Shown here in pieces: positions 7,915-15,298 of a DNA stretch of 34,441 bases (position 1 is its first letter; every line of letters begins with the position of its first letter). The translations under genes were made by a program, and so were the position numbers. The notes under the pieces are model-generated. The model worked only from the letters and a program-made list of their open reading frames with translations, did not search any database and was not told the origin of the DNA. This DNA is from Phycisphaerae bacterium (lineage in GTDB: Bacteria > Planctomycetota > Phycisphaerae > Sedimentisphaerales > Anaerobacaceae). Location: contig JAUWBX010000001.1 of assembly GCA_030609625.1 (NCBI GenBank), positions 1 through 34,441 on the forward strand. The letters run 5' to 3'.

Positions 7915-10587
7915 ATGAAAATCATAAGAAGATTGCATAAGGAATATTTTAGGCAGAGCCTGGTGTGCATAATAGCATGTTGTTTGTTTCTCAATATGTC
8001 TCTTCCAGTTGCGCAGGCCACACCGGCCGCTGCAAACGTTGTGGCAGGCTCAGCCGCCATCGTTCAAAACGGCAACACCATCGATGTACAGATGATTTCC
8101 AGCAGGGCCGTGATCAACTGGGATAGTCTGGACACTTCTTATAACGAGACTCTCAATTTCTTGAAGGAAAGTAATTTTGCTGTGCTGAACAGAGTAATTA
8201 ATGGAGGCCTAACGCAGTTTGACGGCTCGTTGTTTGCTGAGAATGGCAGTGTGTTTATTGTTAATACTCAGGGCATTGTCTTTGGCCCTACCGCCTATAT
8301 TCGAGCCAAACAATTCGTTGGCTCCAGCCTGGATATAAGAAACACCGACTTTATGAACGGACAATACGCATTTGCCGGCGGCAACGGGGCGGTCGTCAAT
8401 CATGGTGATATTACCGCCGAGAGCGTTGCTCTCATCGGCAAGAAGGTCCTGAATGCCGGCACGATTACAAGTCCGGAAGGATATGTTGTAATGGCTGCCG
8501 GTGACAGGGTATTGCTTGGACAGCCCGGCGAAAGTGTTTTTGTTGAAGTGGACTCCGCTGGAATTCCAGAGCCGATGGATACTAAAATATCGGATGTGCC
8601 TGCTGATGTTACTAACGAAGGTTTAATCAACGCTGAAGGCGGGACGATAGTTCTTGCTGCTGGTGATACCTTTTCCATGGCTGTTGCTAATATCGGTACT
8701 CTCGCTACGGCGGCCGGGAAAGTAACGTTAAATGCTGCACGCGTCGAAAACAGGGGCACCATCAATGCAGATGCAGTCGATGGTGATGGTGGCAGTATCA
8801 GCTTGACTGCCACTGAAGAAGTTGTACTTGGTGCAGGCAGCCTGACCACGGCAAATGCCGGGGCCAACGGCGACGGCGGCAAAGTTATCGTACAGTCCGA
8901 AGGTACAGCTATCCTAAGTAAAGGCTCGCTGATTGAAGCAAAAGGTGGCAGCGAGTCAGGCAACGGCGGGTTTGTAGAAATCAGCGGCGACCACTTTGTT
9001 TTTGCCGGTGACGTTGATGCCTCGGCGGCAAATGGGAAATTCGGCACGTTACTGATTGATCCCGACAATATTGTTGTTAAAGATGGTGATGGTACAAATA
9101 CTACGGATACTCTTTATGAAGAACAGCTTGAAACCCAATTAGCTGATATTTTTCTACTGGCAGTTGAATCCATTATTATGGAAGATTTGATTGATAATGA
9201 GCTTGATGCGGACACCAGGAACGTTACCTTTCAAACGACAGGCACTGATAGCTTCATCTCTTTCCATGAAAGCGATACAATATCAACAACTACGGGTAAT
9301 ATCGTTATTGAATCTGGTGGAGGCGGCATCAATATCGGCAATCTGGAAACTGGTAAAGCTGGCGGCAGAGATAAAGTTCCTTCGGGTAAAATTATTGTTA
9401 CCACTGATAACGGAGGTGACATAATAACAAGAGACCTGCATATCAGAAGTGGATGGGGCTCTGGTGAAATTGATGTTGACGCTTCCGGCAGCCTAACAAT
9501 TGATGGCGATGTTTCGGTTGGAAAAAAGGGAGCTGCGATACTGAATGTCCCGAACGGCGCGGATGCCCAAGCCACGATACGTCTAAGTGCCGGTGAAGAT
9601 GTGGTTCTCAACGGTGACGTTGGCGCCTATTCTCACGGTAAGGAAGACTCCCTTCCAGGGGGCGTAACCACAGCCGAAGTCAGGATTTACGCAGGTACTA
9701 ATGATGAGCCTACAAGTGGGGATGTATTTATAAACGGTGATCTAACAGCGATGGCAAAAGCCTCAAAAAATGGGACATCTGAAGCGACTATAGAGGTAGA
9801 TGCATGGGGAAATATCGAATTCGGGCCAAAAGCCGCAAAGCCTTTGGCTGATGCCGACAAAGCTCACGTGGAAAGTTATGAGTCAGCTATAGACACAGAT
9901 GGTGAAGATACGGCAGAAATAATAATCAATGCCGCAGGCAACAGTGATGACGGAGACGGTAACGGAGACGACGATAACGGAGACGACGATGACGGAGATG
10001 ACGATGATGGAGACGATAATGGAGATGACGATGGAGACGGTGACGGAGATGGTGATACGACAACTACGCAGGCGGCACCGATTGGTGAAAAAGTAGAATT
10101 GGCAATTTCGGGTTGTCCGGCTCTAATGAAGTGGGCGGCTGATGAACTTGGAATTGACGAAAGGACGCTCAAGATTTGGGAGACAATTACGCTGGCCTTT
10201 GATATGGACATACAGCCGTGCAAGGCATGTGCAAGACTTAAGGATACAGCTACAATTTTACAAGATACCGAAAGGACTTATATAGCTGCTTTGGCACAAG
10301 CAGTAAATCAATTTGCTCCGGTAACCGCTCCACCATCTGAAGAGCAAATGGCATCAATTGCCGACGCAATAGCACGCCACGGCGATGATAACACATATTA
10401 TACCGCGGCCGGACAGTGGCTTGACGCTCTCGTAGAATATGTCGGAATCCTTAGCACTGGCATGGGATGGTCATTAGATGAGGCCGTGGCGTTAGTAATA
10501 GACAAGTACATTGCACCTGCAACAGAAGGTGCTGACGCGAATCTTGATGCATTCATTGCGATGCGCTTAGCAGCTCTTGCTGGTTAG
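7915..10587 (+). CDS. TpsA-type secreted exoprotein: N-terminal TPS (filamentous haemagglutinin N-terminal) domain, Gly-rich beta-helix, acidic D/G linker, uncharacterised C-terminal domain
   Basis: TPS-domain signature NVVAGSAAIVQNGNTIDVQ...INWDSL...LNRV...FIVNTQGIVFG after a signal peptide. AGGAG lies 8 nt upstream of ATG 7915; the ORF track starts at GTG 7912. Confidence 0.85.
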   Translation: MKIIRRLHKEYFRQSLVCIIACCLFLNMSLPVAQATPAAANVVAGSAAIVQNGNTIDVQMISSRAVINWDSLDTSYNETLNFLKESNFAVLNRVINGGLTQFDGSLFAENGSVFIVNTQGIVFGPTAYIRAKQFVGSSLDIRNTDFMNGQYAFAGGNGAVVNHGDITAESVALIGKKVLNAGTITSPEGYVVMAAGDRVLLGQPGESVFVEVDSAGIPEPMDTKISDVPADVTNEGLINAEGGTIVLAAGDTFSMAVANIGTLATAAGKVTLNAARVENRGTINADAVDGDGGSISLTATEEVVLGAGSLTTANAGANGDGGKVIVQSEGTAILSKGSLIEAKGGSESGNGGFVEISGDHFVFAGDVDASAANGKFGTLLIDPDNIVVKDGDGTNTTDTLYEEQLETQLADIFLLAVESIIMEDLIDNELDADTRNVTFQTTGTDSFISFHESDTISTTTGNIVIESGGGGINIGNLETGKAGGRDKVPSGKIIVTTDNGGDIITRDLHIRSGWGSGEIDVDASGSLTIDGDVSVGKKGAAILNVPNGADAQATIRLSAGEDVVLNGDVGAYSHGKEDSLPGGVTTAEVRIYAGTNDEPTSGDVFINGDLTAMAKASKNGTSEATIEVDAWGNIEFGPKAAKPLADADKAHVESYESAIDTDGEDTAEIIINAAGNSDDGDGNGDDDNGDDDDGDDDDGDDNGDDDGDGDGDGDTTTTQAAPIGEKVELAISGCPALMKWAADELGIDERTLKIWETITLAFDMDIQPCKACARLKDTATILQDTERTYIAALAQAVNQFAPVTAPPSEEQMASIADAIARHGDDNTYYTAAGQWLDALVEYVGILSTGMGWSLDEAVALVIDKYIAPATEGADANLDAFIAMRLAALAG
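9946..10056 (+). repeat. in-frame low-complexity GAY/GGA codon tract encoding 37 residues of D/G/N inside tpsA
   Basis: Read directly: DDGDGNGDDDNGDDDDGDDDDGDDNGDDDGDGDGDGD. Confidence 0.9.
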
Positions 10588-10733
10588 TATGACAATGTCC
10601 GTCTATACCTGTCGTACACGGGGACGAAAATATTGCAATCGATGCTTTACCGATACAGTTGGCAACGGGCAGTAAAAATCCTCATCAAGTAGTCTTGAGA
10701 CATAATCACTTAAAAACAAAGATGTTGGGCAAT

Positions 10734-10769
10734 AAAAAAACCTCGTTGCCTGCGATTGACAACAAGGTT
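10734..10769 (-). terminator. rho-independent terminator-like hairpin plus T-run, immediately 3' of the orphan tRNA-Val fragment
   Basis: Minus strand reads AACCUUGUUG-(11 nt loop)-CAACGAGGUU followed by UUUUUUU. The stem has 9 of 10 bp: 10739..10748 pairs with 10760..10769. Confidence 0.5.
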
Positions 10770-10776
10770 GTGAAAC

Positions 10777-10823
10777 TGGGCGGTACTGGACTTGAACCAG
10801 TGACCTCCTGCGTGTCGAGCAGG
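10777..10823 (-). repeat. orphan 3' portion of tRNA-Val (positions 27-73); left direct repeat (att) of the island
   Basis: The 47 nt are identical base for base to 29899..29945. The flanks diverge on both sides. Confidence 0.9.
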
Positions 10824-10934
10824 GACCGGGGTTTTCTAACACCTTGCCAATAAAGAGCTTACTACAGGCCACATAAGGACTTAGACACTGTTTTCGAACT
10901 GGCTTGAAACTGGTTCCAGACCTGTTTTAGAACT

Positions 10935-10964
10935 AAAACTGCCACAAAATTGCCACAAAATTGG
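10935..10964. repeat. 11-nt tandem repeat AAAAYTGCCAC x2.7 just inside the left island end
   Basis: Read directly: aaaactgccac aaaattgccac aaaattgg. Confidence 0.8.
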
Positions 10965-11063
10965 CTATCCTATGAGCGCGATGTGTTTGGACTCGTCCCT
11001 TGCTTGCGAGTGCTTGAGTCTGTTGGAAACAATTTGGTATGATTATCTTATATAGGTACTGCC

Positions 11064-11426
11064 ATGGTAAAAACAAAACACTTGTACGACCCGGTTGAAG
11101 AATTGGATGGTAACCGAATATTAGTTACCCGTTATTGGCCTCGTGGCGTTTCGAGGGAGCGTCTATCCATAACGGATTGGCTGTGGAATTTGGCACCAAG
11201 CGACGAACTCGTTCGTGGTTGGAAGAAGCAGAGGATCTCGTGAGAGAAGTACATGCTCCGCTACCACGAAGAAATGCGCGGTCAGCTCGAGGCAATCAGA
11301 GATTTGGCAAAGAGAGCTAAAAGTGACACAATAACCCTGTTCTGCTACGAGTACGAAGACAACCCATATTGCCATAGGCATTTGCTGAAGAGATTAATCG
11401 AAAACGAAGAACGAAACGTAGAGTAA
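11064..11426 (+). pseudogene. DUF488 (YeaO-like) family gene interrupted by an in-frame TGA at codon 60
   Basis: My translation: MVKTKHLYDPVEELDGNRILVTRYWPRGVSRERLSITDWLWNLAPSDELVRGWKKQRIS-TGA(11241..11243)-EKYMLRYHEEMRGQLEAIRDLAKRAKSDTITLFCYEYEDNPYCHRHLLKRLIENEERNVE. Both halves are under 60 aa, so they are absent from the ORF track. The YDP...GxRILVxRxWPRG signature is characteristic of DUF488. Confidence 0.7.
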
Positions 11427-12453
11427 ATACCTTCGGATTGGGTTATCATTTACCGAATTATACTTGAGGATGCCCTCTAATCCACAATGGTACAGTTGTT
11501 GGGGGTCAGGCCACCAACGCTCTTGGTCAAGCATTTTTTGGTAGTTGGTATTAAGTGAGTGTGAGTTAAGCGCTAAACGACCTGGAGGGTACTTTGCGCT
11601 TGATTCAATCAGAGGGCCAGGTTTTTCCAAAGTCGAAGCAAGGGAACGAATACCCACGGCTTTGTCATCAACTATTGTCGCGTATAAGGCCTAGAACAGG
11701 TGGAAATCAAGCCTGATATGAAATTAGAGTTGTCTTGTGGTTCTTTACTATCTCAAAACAGGGTTTTTCGAGTGTCAGAACCAGGGATTGTATGGCCAGT
11801 TACAGACCCGATAATAACGATAAATATACTAAGAGCTTCTAACAACATGAATGCTTGCTCTTATTGTCGTGCTGAGCAAAGCGAAGCCTCTGGCATTAGA
11901 AAAGGATTAGAGATTCTTCGCTACACTACGTTCCGCTCAGAATGACATCCAGCCAATTTCTTTAGAGGCTCTAAGCTGGATAGAGCATTTGGCGTACAGC
12001 TATGGAAAAAGTTAAATCGGAGATATCAAGTGAAAAAGGGTTCCAGCAGTTTCCAATCTTGTAGAAATGTTTTTCTATGTACTTTAGCATTCTATTTGCT
12101 CTGCATGACAGGATGCAATGGTCCGGTCATATCATGAACACAAAAAGAGACTTAAAATGTATTTTAGAGTTGGAACTGTAGTTGTTCTTTTGCTCCTCTG
12201 ACTTGGATTATTTCTTGAAGAGTGTGTCACTATCGAAAACGGCCTAATAATCCGCAGAGGTAAATTCTATCACGTTGTCCCTGAAGATGAATATTTTAAG
12301 TTAATAGGAAAGCGGGAACGGGGGAACAAAAATGAGTAATGTTAGATATGTACGGTGTTATGTCCAAAAACCCAAGGGTGTACACAAAGTATATGCCCGA
12401 TTTTTTGAAAATCCCGCTTAGATTTCTAAGAAAAAAAAGCTTGATTATTGATA

Positions 12454-12462
12454 GGGGGGGGG
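12454..12462. repeat. homopolymeric G9 tract in the AT-rich leader upstream of wzz; an A8 tract lies at 12431..12438
   Basis: Read directly: gatagggggggggtact. Confidence 0.9.
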
Positions 12463-12597
12463 TACTATTTGAATCTGAATTATTAGGTAATAAAGCGCTC
12501 CGAGAAATAACGTGGCAAAACAACACGAATAATGCGTTTTTGTGTATGGCTTTGGGGATTTGTGGATTCTCTTAAACTCTGGCAGGAGGCCAATAAT

Positions 12598-13833
12598 ATG
12601 GCAGGTTCAGAAAATGACAGTCCAATCAAGCAAGCTACTGGTAACGATGTTCACGAAGAAGCAAACATCTACGAAGATGAGATAAATCTGATAGATTATT
12701 TGTTAGTTCTCTGGAAGCGGAGATACTTCATTGTGCTTGGCTCAGTTTTGCCAGCGTTGATAGTCGGGTTGGTTTTTTTCTTTTCGCCAAGAAATTATGA
12801 AGTTACTTATGTCTATGATGTAAGAGATGATGTAAGAGATGATGTAAGCAATTGGAATCTTAACGAAAAGAATTACAATATCCTCATCAACAGATTCTAC
12901 AGTGAAGAAAATTTAAATAAGATTATAAATGTACTACGAGAAAATGGTCTCAATGGATATGCTAAACTAATACGCAATGCTGGAAATAGTCTTGATGTTT
13001 TGAAGAAGTTATTAAAGTTTGAAGCAGTGCCTTCCTATACCGACCTTTCCGAGGCAAAAGTAACGGATCCTGAACAATTAGAGCAAATCCAAAAACTAAA
13101 AGCTCAACTACTAAATATGACTATAGCTGGTGAACCGAAAGAAGATCTTCTCAAGATAGCTTCTGTAATAAGGAGCAATCTTGAAAATGTGATTCCTACA
13201 TATATGATTCAAGAGCAGTTGTCTGCTAATATACGAACAGACAAAACTATGAGGGCCGATATTGAAAGTAACAGATTTAGTTTGGAGCTTACATTTAAAA
13301 AAAATAAATCTACTTTAGAAAAACTTAAGAGCATAAAAACCCAAACTCCAGATAAAATCGAAAGTGATATCATACTACAGTTTGATGTGGGTGGCAGAAG
13401 TGAGTATTTGCCTATTGAGTACCAAATACAAGCTGCTGAATCGAAAATAATACAACTTGAGGAAACTATTAAGGAAAATGAGGAGAAGTACAAGTATTAT
13501 AAGAATTTACTTGACCTAAACGAAAAGCTTTTCGCTGAGGTGAAAAATAAGGCGTTATCAGACTATACCATACAACAATTCCGTTTATTTCTGCTTGAAT
13601 CAGTGAAAGAAGTTGAGAAGGAGGAATTGAAGGATTATTTAAGCTCGTATACTAAAAGAATTGAGAACCGGATAGCCGCAAGTGTTCCTGTTACAGAAAA
13701 TCCGGGCACCTATGCTGTTTCAAAAGGAACAACCAAGAAGAGTACTATTGTGTTTGCGGTAGCATTAATGATGTCAGTATTTGTGGCTTTCCTGTTAGAA
13801 GGCCTTAAAAAAAGCCAAGCTCAGACTTCATAG
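12598..13833 (+). CDS. wzz: polysaccharide chain-length determinant protein (Wzz / PCP-1 family)
   Basis: Wzz N-terminal motif DEINLIDYLLVLWKRRYFIV followed by a TM helix, a long Lys/Glu-rich coiled-coil region and a C-terminal TM helix (STIVFAVALMMSVFVAFLL). ATG 12598 is preceded by GGAGG; the ORF track starts at 12532. Confidence 0.75.
   Translation: MAGSENDSPIKQATGNDVHEEANIYEDEINLIDYLLVLWKRRYFIVLGSVLPALIVGLVFFFSPRNYEVTYVYDVRDDVRDDVSNWNLNEKNYNILINRFYSEENLNKIINVLRENGLNGYAKLIRNAGNSLDVLKKLLKFEAVPSYTDLSEAKVTDPEQLEQIQKLKAQLLNMTIAGEPKEDLLKIASVIRSNLENVIPTYMIQEQLSANIRTDKTMRADIESNRFSLELTFKKNKSTLEKLKSIKTQTPDKIESDIILQFDVGGRSEYLPIEYQIQAAESKIIQLEETIKENEEKYKYYKNLLDLNEKLFAEVKNKALSDYTIQQFRLFLLESVKEVEKEELKDYLSSYTKRIENRIAASVPVTENPGTYAVSKGTTKKSTIVFAVALMMSVFVAFLLEGLKKSQAQTS
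12817..12852 (+). repeat. in-frame 12-nt tandem repeat x3 (gatgtaagagat) within wzz, encoding DVRD-DVRD-DVSN
   Basis: Read directly. Confidence 0.85.
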
Positions 13834-13998
13834 AAGCTGTTCTTTGGCTAAACAAATAAAAATGTCAACGTAATCAGCGGTTAGCTGCAACCCACAGGCC
13901 TGCCCTGAGCGCAGCCGAAGGGGACGGAGTCTAAGAAGATTGACCGATGATTATTCCACTATGAACTAACATTCGCGTAATCTGCGGTTTGAGTAATA

Positions 13999-14304
13999 AT
14001 GACATCCAGAGAAGAAGCTATAAAGCAACTGATTAAAGAACAGCTTCGTAAAGCTGCTTTCGGACTGAAGGGCTATAAAGTCTTTCTTTTCGGCTCGAGG
14101 GCTGCGGGAACGGCTAAATGCCGTTCAGATTTTGATGTTGGTGTTTATGGGAAACGCCCAATTCCTTTGAAAACATTTTACACCATTGAAGATTTGCTTG
14201 AGAGTATTGAAACTCTTTACTCTATAGAGTTAGTCGATCTAAACCGTGTAAGCCTGTCGTTTAGAAAAGAGGCAATGAAAACAGCGGAGATTATTTATGA
14301 ATAG
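13999..14304 (+). CDS. minimal nucleotidyltransferase (MNT) antitoxin of an MNT-HEPN pair
   Basis: GSRAAGTAKCRSDFDVGV, the GS-x(n)-DxD nucleotidyltransferase motif. 101 aa; overlaps the next gene by 8 nt. Confidence 0.85.
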   Translation: MTSREEAIKQLIKEQLRKAAFGLKGYKVFLFGSRAAGTAKCRSDFDVGVYGKRPIPLKTFYTIEDLLESIETLYSIELVDLNRVSLSFRKEAMKTAEIIYE

Positions 14305-14692
14305 CAAAATCATTTTCGATGACTTTGAGAAAGCATTAAAGAATTTTGAAGTTGCCCTGTCAACCCCTACAGACAGTGACCTTGTGCGGGCAGGTTGCAT
14401 ACAATATTTCGAGTTCTGTTTTGAATTGGCATGGAAAAGTATTAAAGTTTTTGGCAGCGAGCTTGGATTGGAAAATTGCAATTCTCCGAAAGGTTGTTTG
14501 AAGCAGGCTTTTGCTAACGGTTGGATTGATAATGAATTGGTATGGCTTGAGATGCTGTCTGCGAGGAATCGCATGTCGCATACCTATAGCGCTTCGGATG
14601 CACTGACTATTTATGATTCTCTCACTGGATTCTTGCCAGCGATGCGAAATCTCTTTGAGTCCATCAGTGCAGAACAAAATAAACTTGAATAA
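14297..14692 (+). CDS. HEPN-domain toxin (HI0074-like nucleotidyltransferase substrate-binding protein)
   Basis: Rx4H HEPN motif RNRMSH. 131 aa. GGAG RBS upstream and translationally coupled to the MNT gene. Confidence 0.85.
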   Translation: MNSKIIFDDFEKALKNFEVALSTPTDSDLVRAGCIQYFEFCFELAWKSIKVFGSELGLENCNSPKGCLKQAFANGWIDNELVWLEMLSARNRMSHTYSASDALTIYDSLTGFLPAMRNLFESISAEQNKLE

Positions 14693-14878
14693 TCACTAAA
14701 AGCCTCCAACAAAATGAAATAGCCTGAAAAGATTCGCTTAAAATCTGCGAAATCTGTGTAATCCGTGGTTAAGAACAAGTATGCCAAGATTTCCTACAAA
14801 GGAAGATTACATTATGATATTGCAACTTTACAATGTGGCATTGTAAGTTTGTATCGTACTAATGTAGGCTTGCATCAA

Positions 14879-15067
14879 GGCGTTGCCAAGAGTAAATGAG
14901 GCATTTCCAGTTAAGAATAAGGCGTTGCCAAGAAGGAATGAAACGTTTCCAGTTGAAAATAGGACATTTACAACTGAGAACGAGGCGATTTTAACTGAAA
15001 ATGAGACGTTTCCAGTTGGAAATGATGCGTTTCTAATTGGAAATAAGACGTTTGGGTTAAAAAAAGG
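14879..15067. repeat. nine contiguous 21-nt direct repeats, consensus gRCGTTTCCAGTTGRAAATGA, each containing the dyad TTTCC-N4-GGAAA
   Basis: I phased the units by hand at 14879, 14900, 14921, 14942, 14963, 14984, 15005, 15026 and 15047. There are no spacers between units. Confidence 0.9.
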
Positions 15068-15298
15068 CAGAAGTATTGAAAAAAAGGCACATAGGCGCGC
15101 AAAGGGACAGAGGAGCGGTGGGAGTGCGAGAGTGCGGAAGTGTGTAATTTACGGTTTGACAATACGACGGTTTCATAGTAGAACAGTATAACAGTATCAC
15201 TGTTTGACCGTATTACCGTATAACTGTGATACGCTGGGAAAAACATATGAACGAGAAAACCAAATAACCACATTTTACCAGAAAGGAAGGATTGAATC

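Noticed and set aside
8400-10223. Long antisense ORFs inside tpsA (8400..9068, 222 aa; 9231..9611; 9876..10223)
   Set aside because: They run opposite a gene with a clear TPS domain. They translate to low-complexity Pro/Ser/Ala strings produced by the Gly/Asp/Ala codon repeats of the sense strand, and they have no motifs or RBS.
10588-10776. A CDI-type immunity gene downstream of tpsA
   Set aside because: There is no ORF of 60 aa or more with a start and RBS in the 190 nt before the tRNA fragment, and tpsA lacks a VENN-type pretoxin boundary.
10603-10872. ORFs 10603..10872 (-) and 10659..10853 (+)
   Set aside because: Both run through the orphan tRNA fragment and its terminator hairpin. They are mutually overlapping and motif-free.
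43-11243. Stop-codon reassignment, pyrrolysine or selenocysteine as an explanation for the in-frame TAG (43..45) and TGA (11241..11243)
   Set aside because: TAG and TGA terminate many well-defined genes in the same window: tpsB, tpsA and wzz end in TAG, and the LamG gene, GT2 and GT4 end in TGA. No SECIS-like hairpin was obvious after the TGA, and Trp rather than Sec is expected at that position.
12296-12575. ORFs 12296..12526 (-) and 12339..12575 (+)
   Set aside because: They lie in an AT-rich leader containing homopolymer tracts, overlap each other, and have no RBS or motifs. The wzz start at 12598 has a strong GGAGG.
13860-14775. The MNT-HEPN pair as an integron gene cassette with attC sites
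   Set aside because: The flanking words (AATCNGYGG) lack the RYYYAAC/GTTRRRY core pairs and the imperfect-palindrome architecture of attC. No intI gene is present.
14879-15067. The 21-nt array as a CRISPR array
   Set aside because: The units are contiguous with no unique spacers, are only 21 nt long and degenerate, and there are no cas genes nearby.
14883-15191. 102-aa ORF reading the 21-nt array as heptad repeats (NETFPVE...)
   Set aside because: Not excluded, but disfavoured. It has a TTG start without an RBS, unit differences are not biased to synonymous positions, and the basic tail runs through further word repeats. It is kept as an alternative in the finding.
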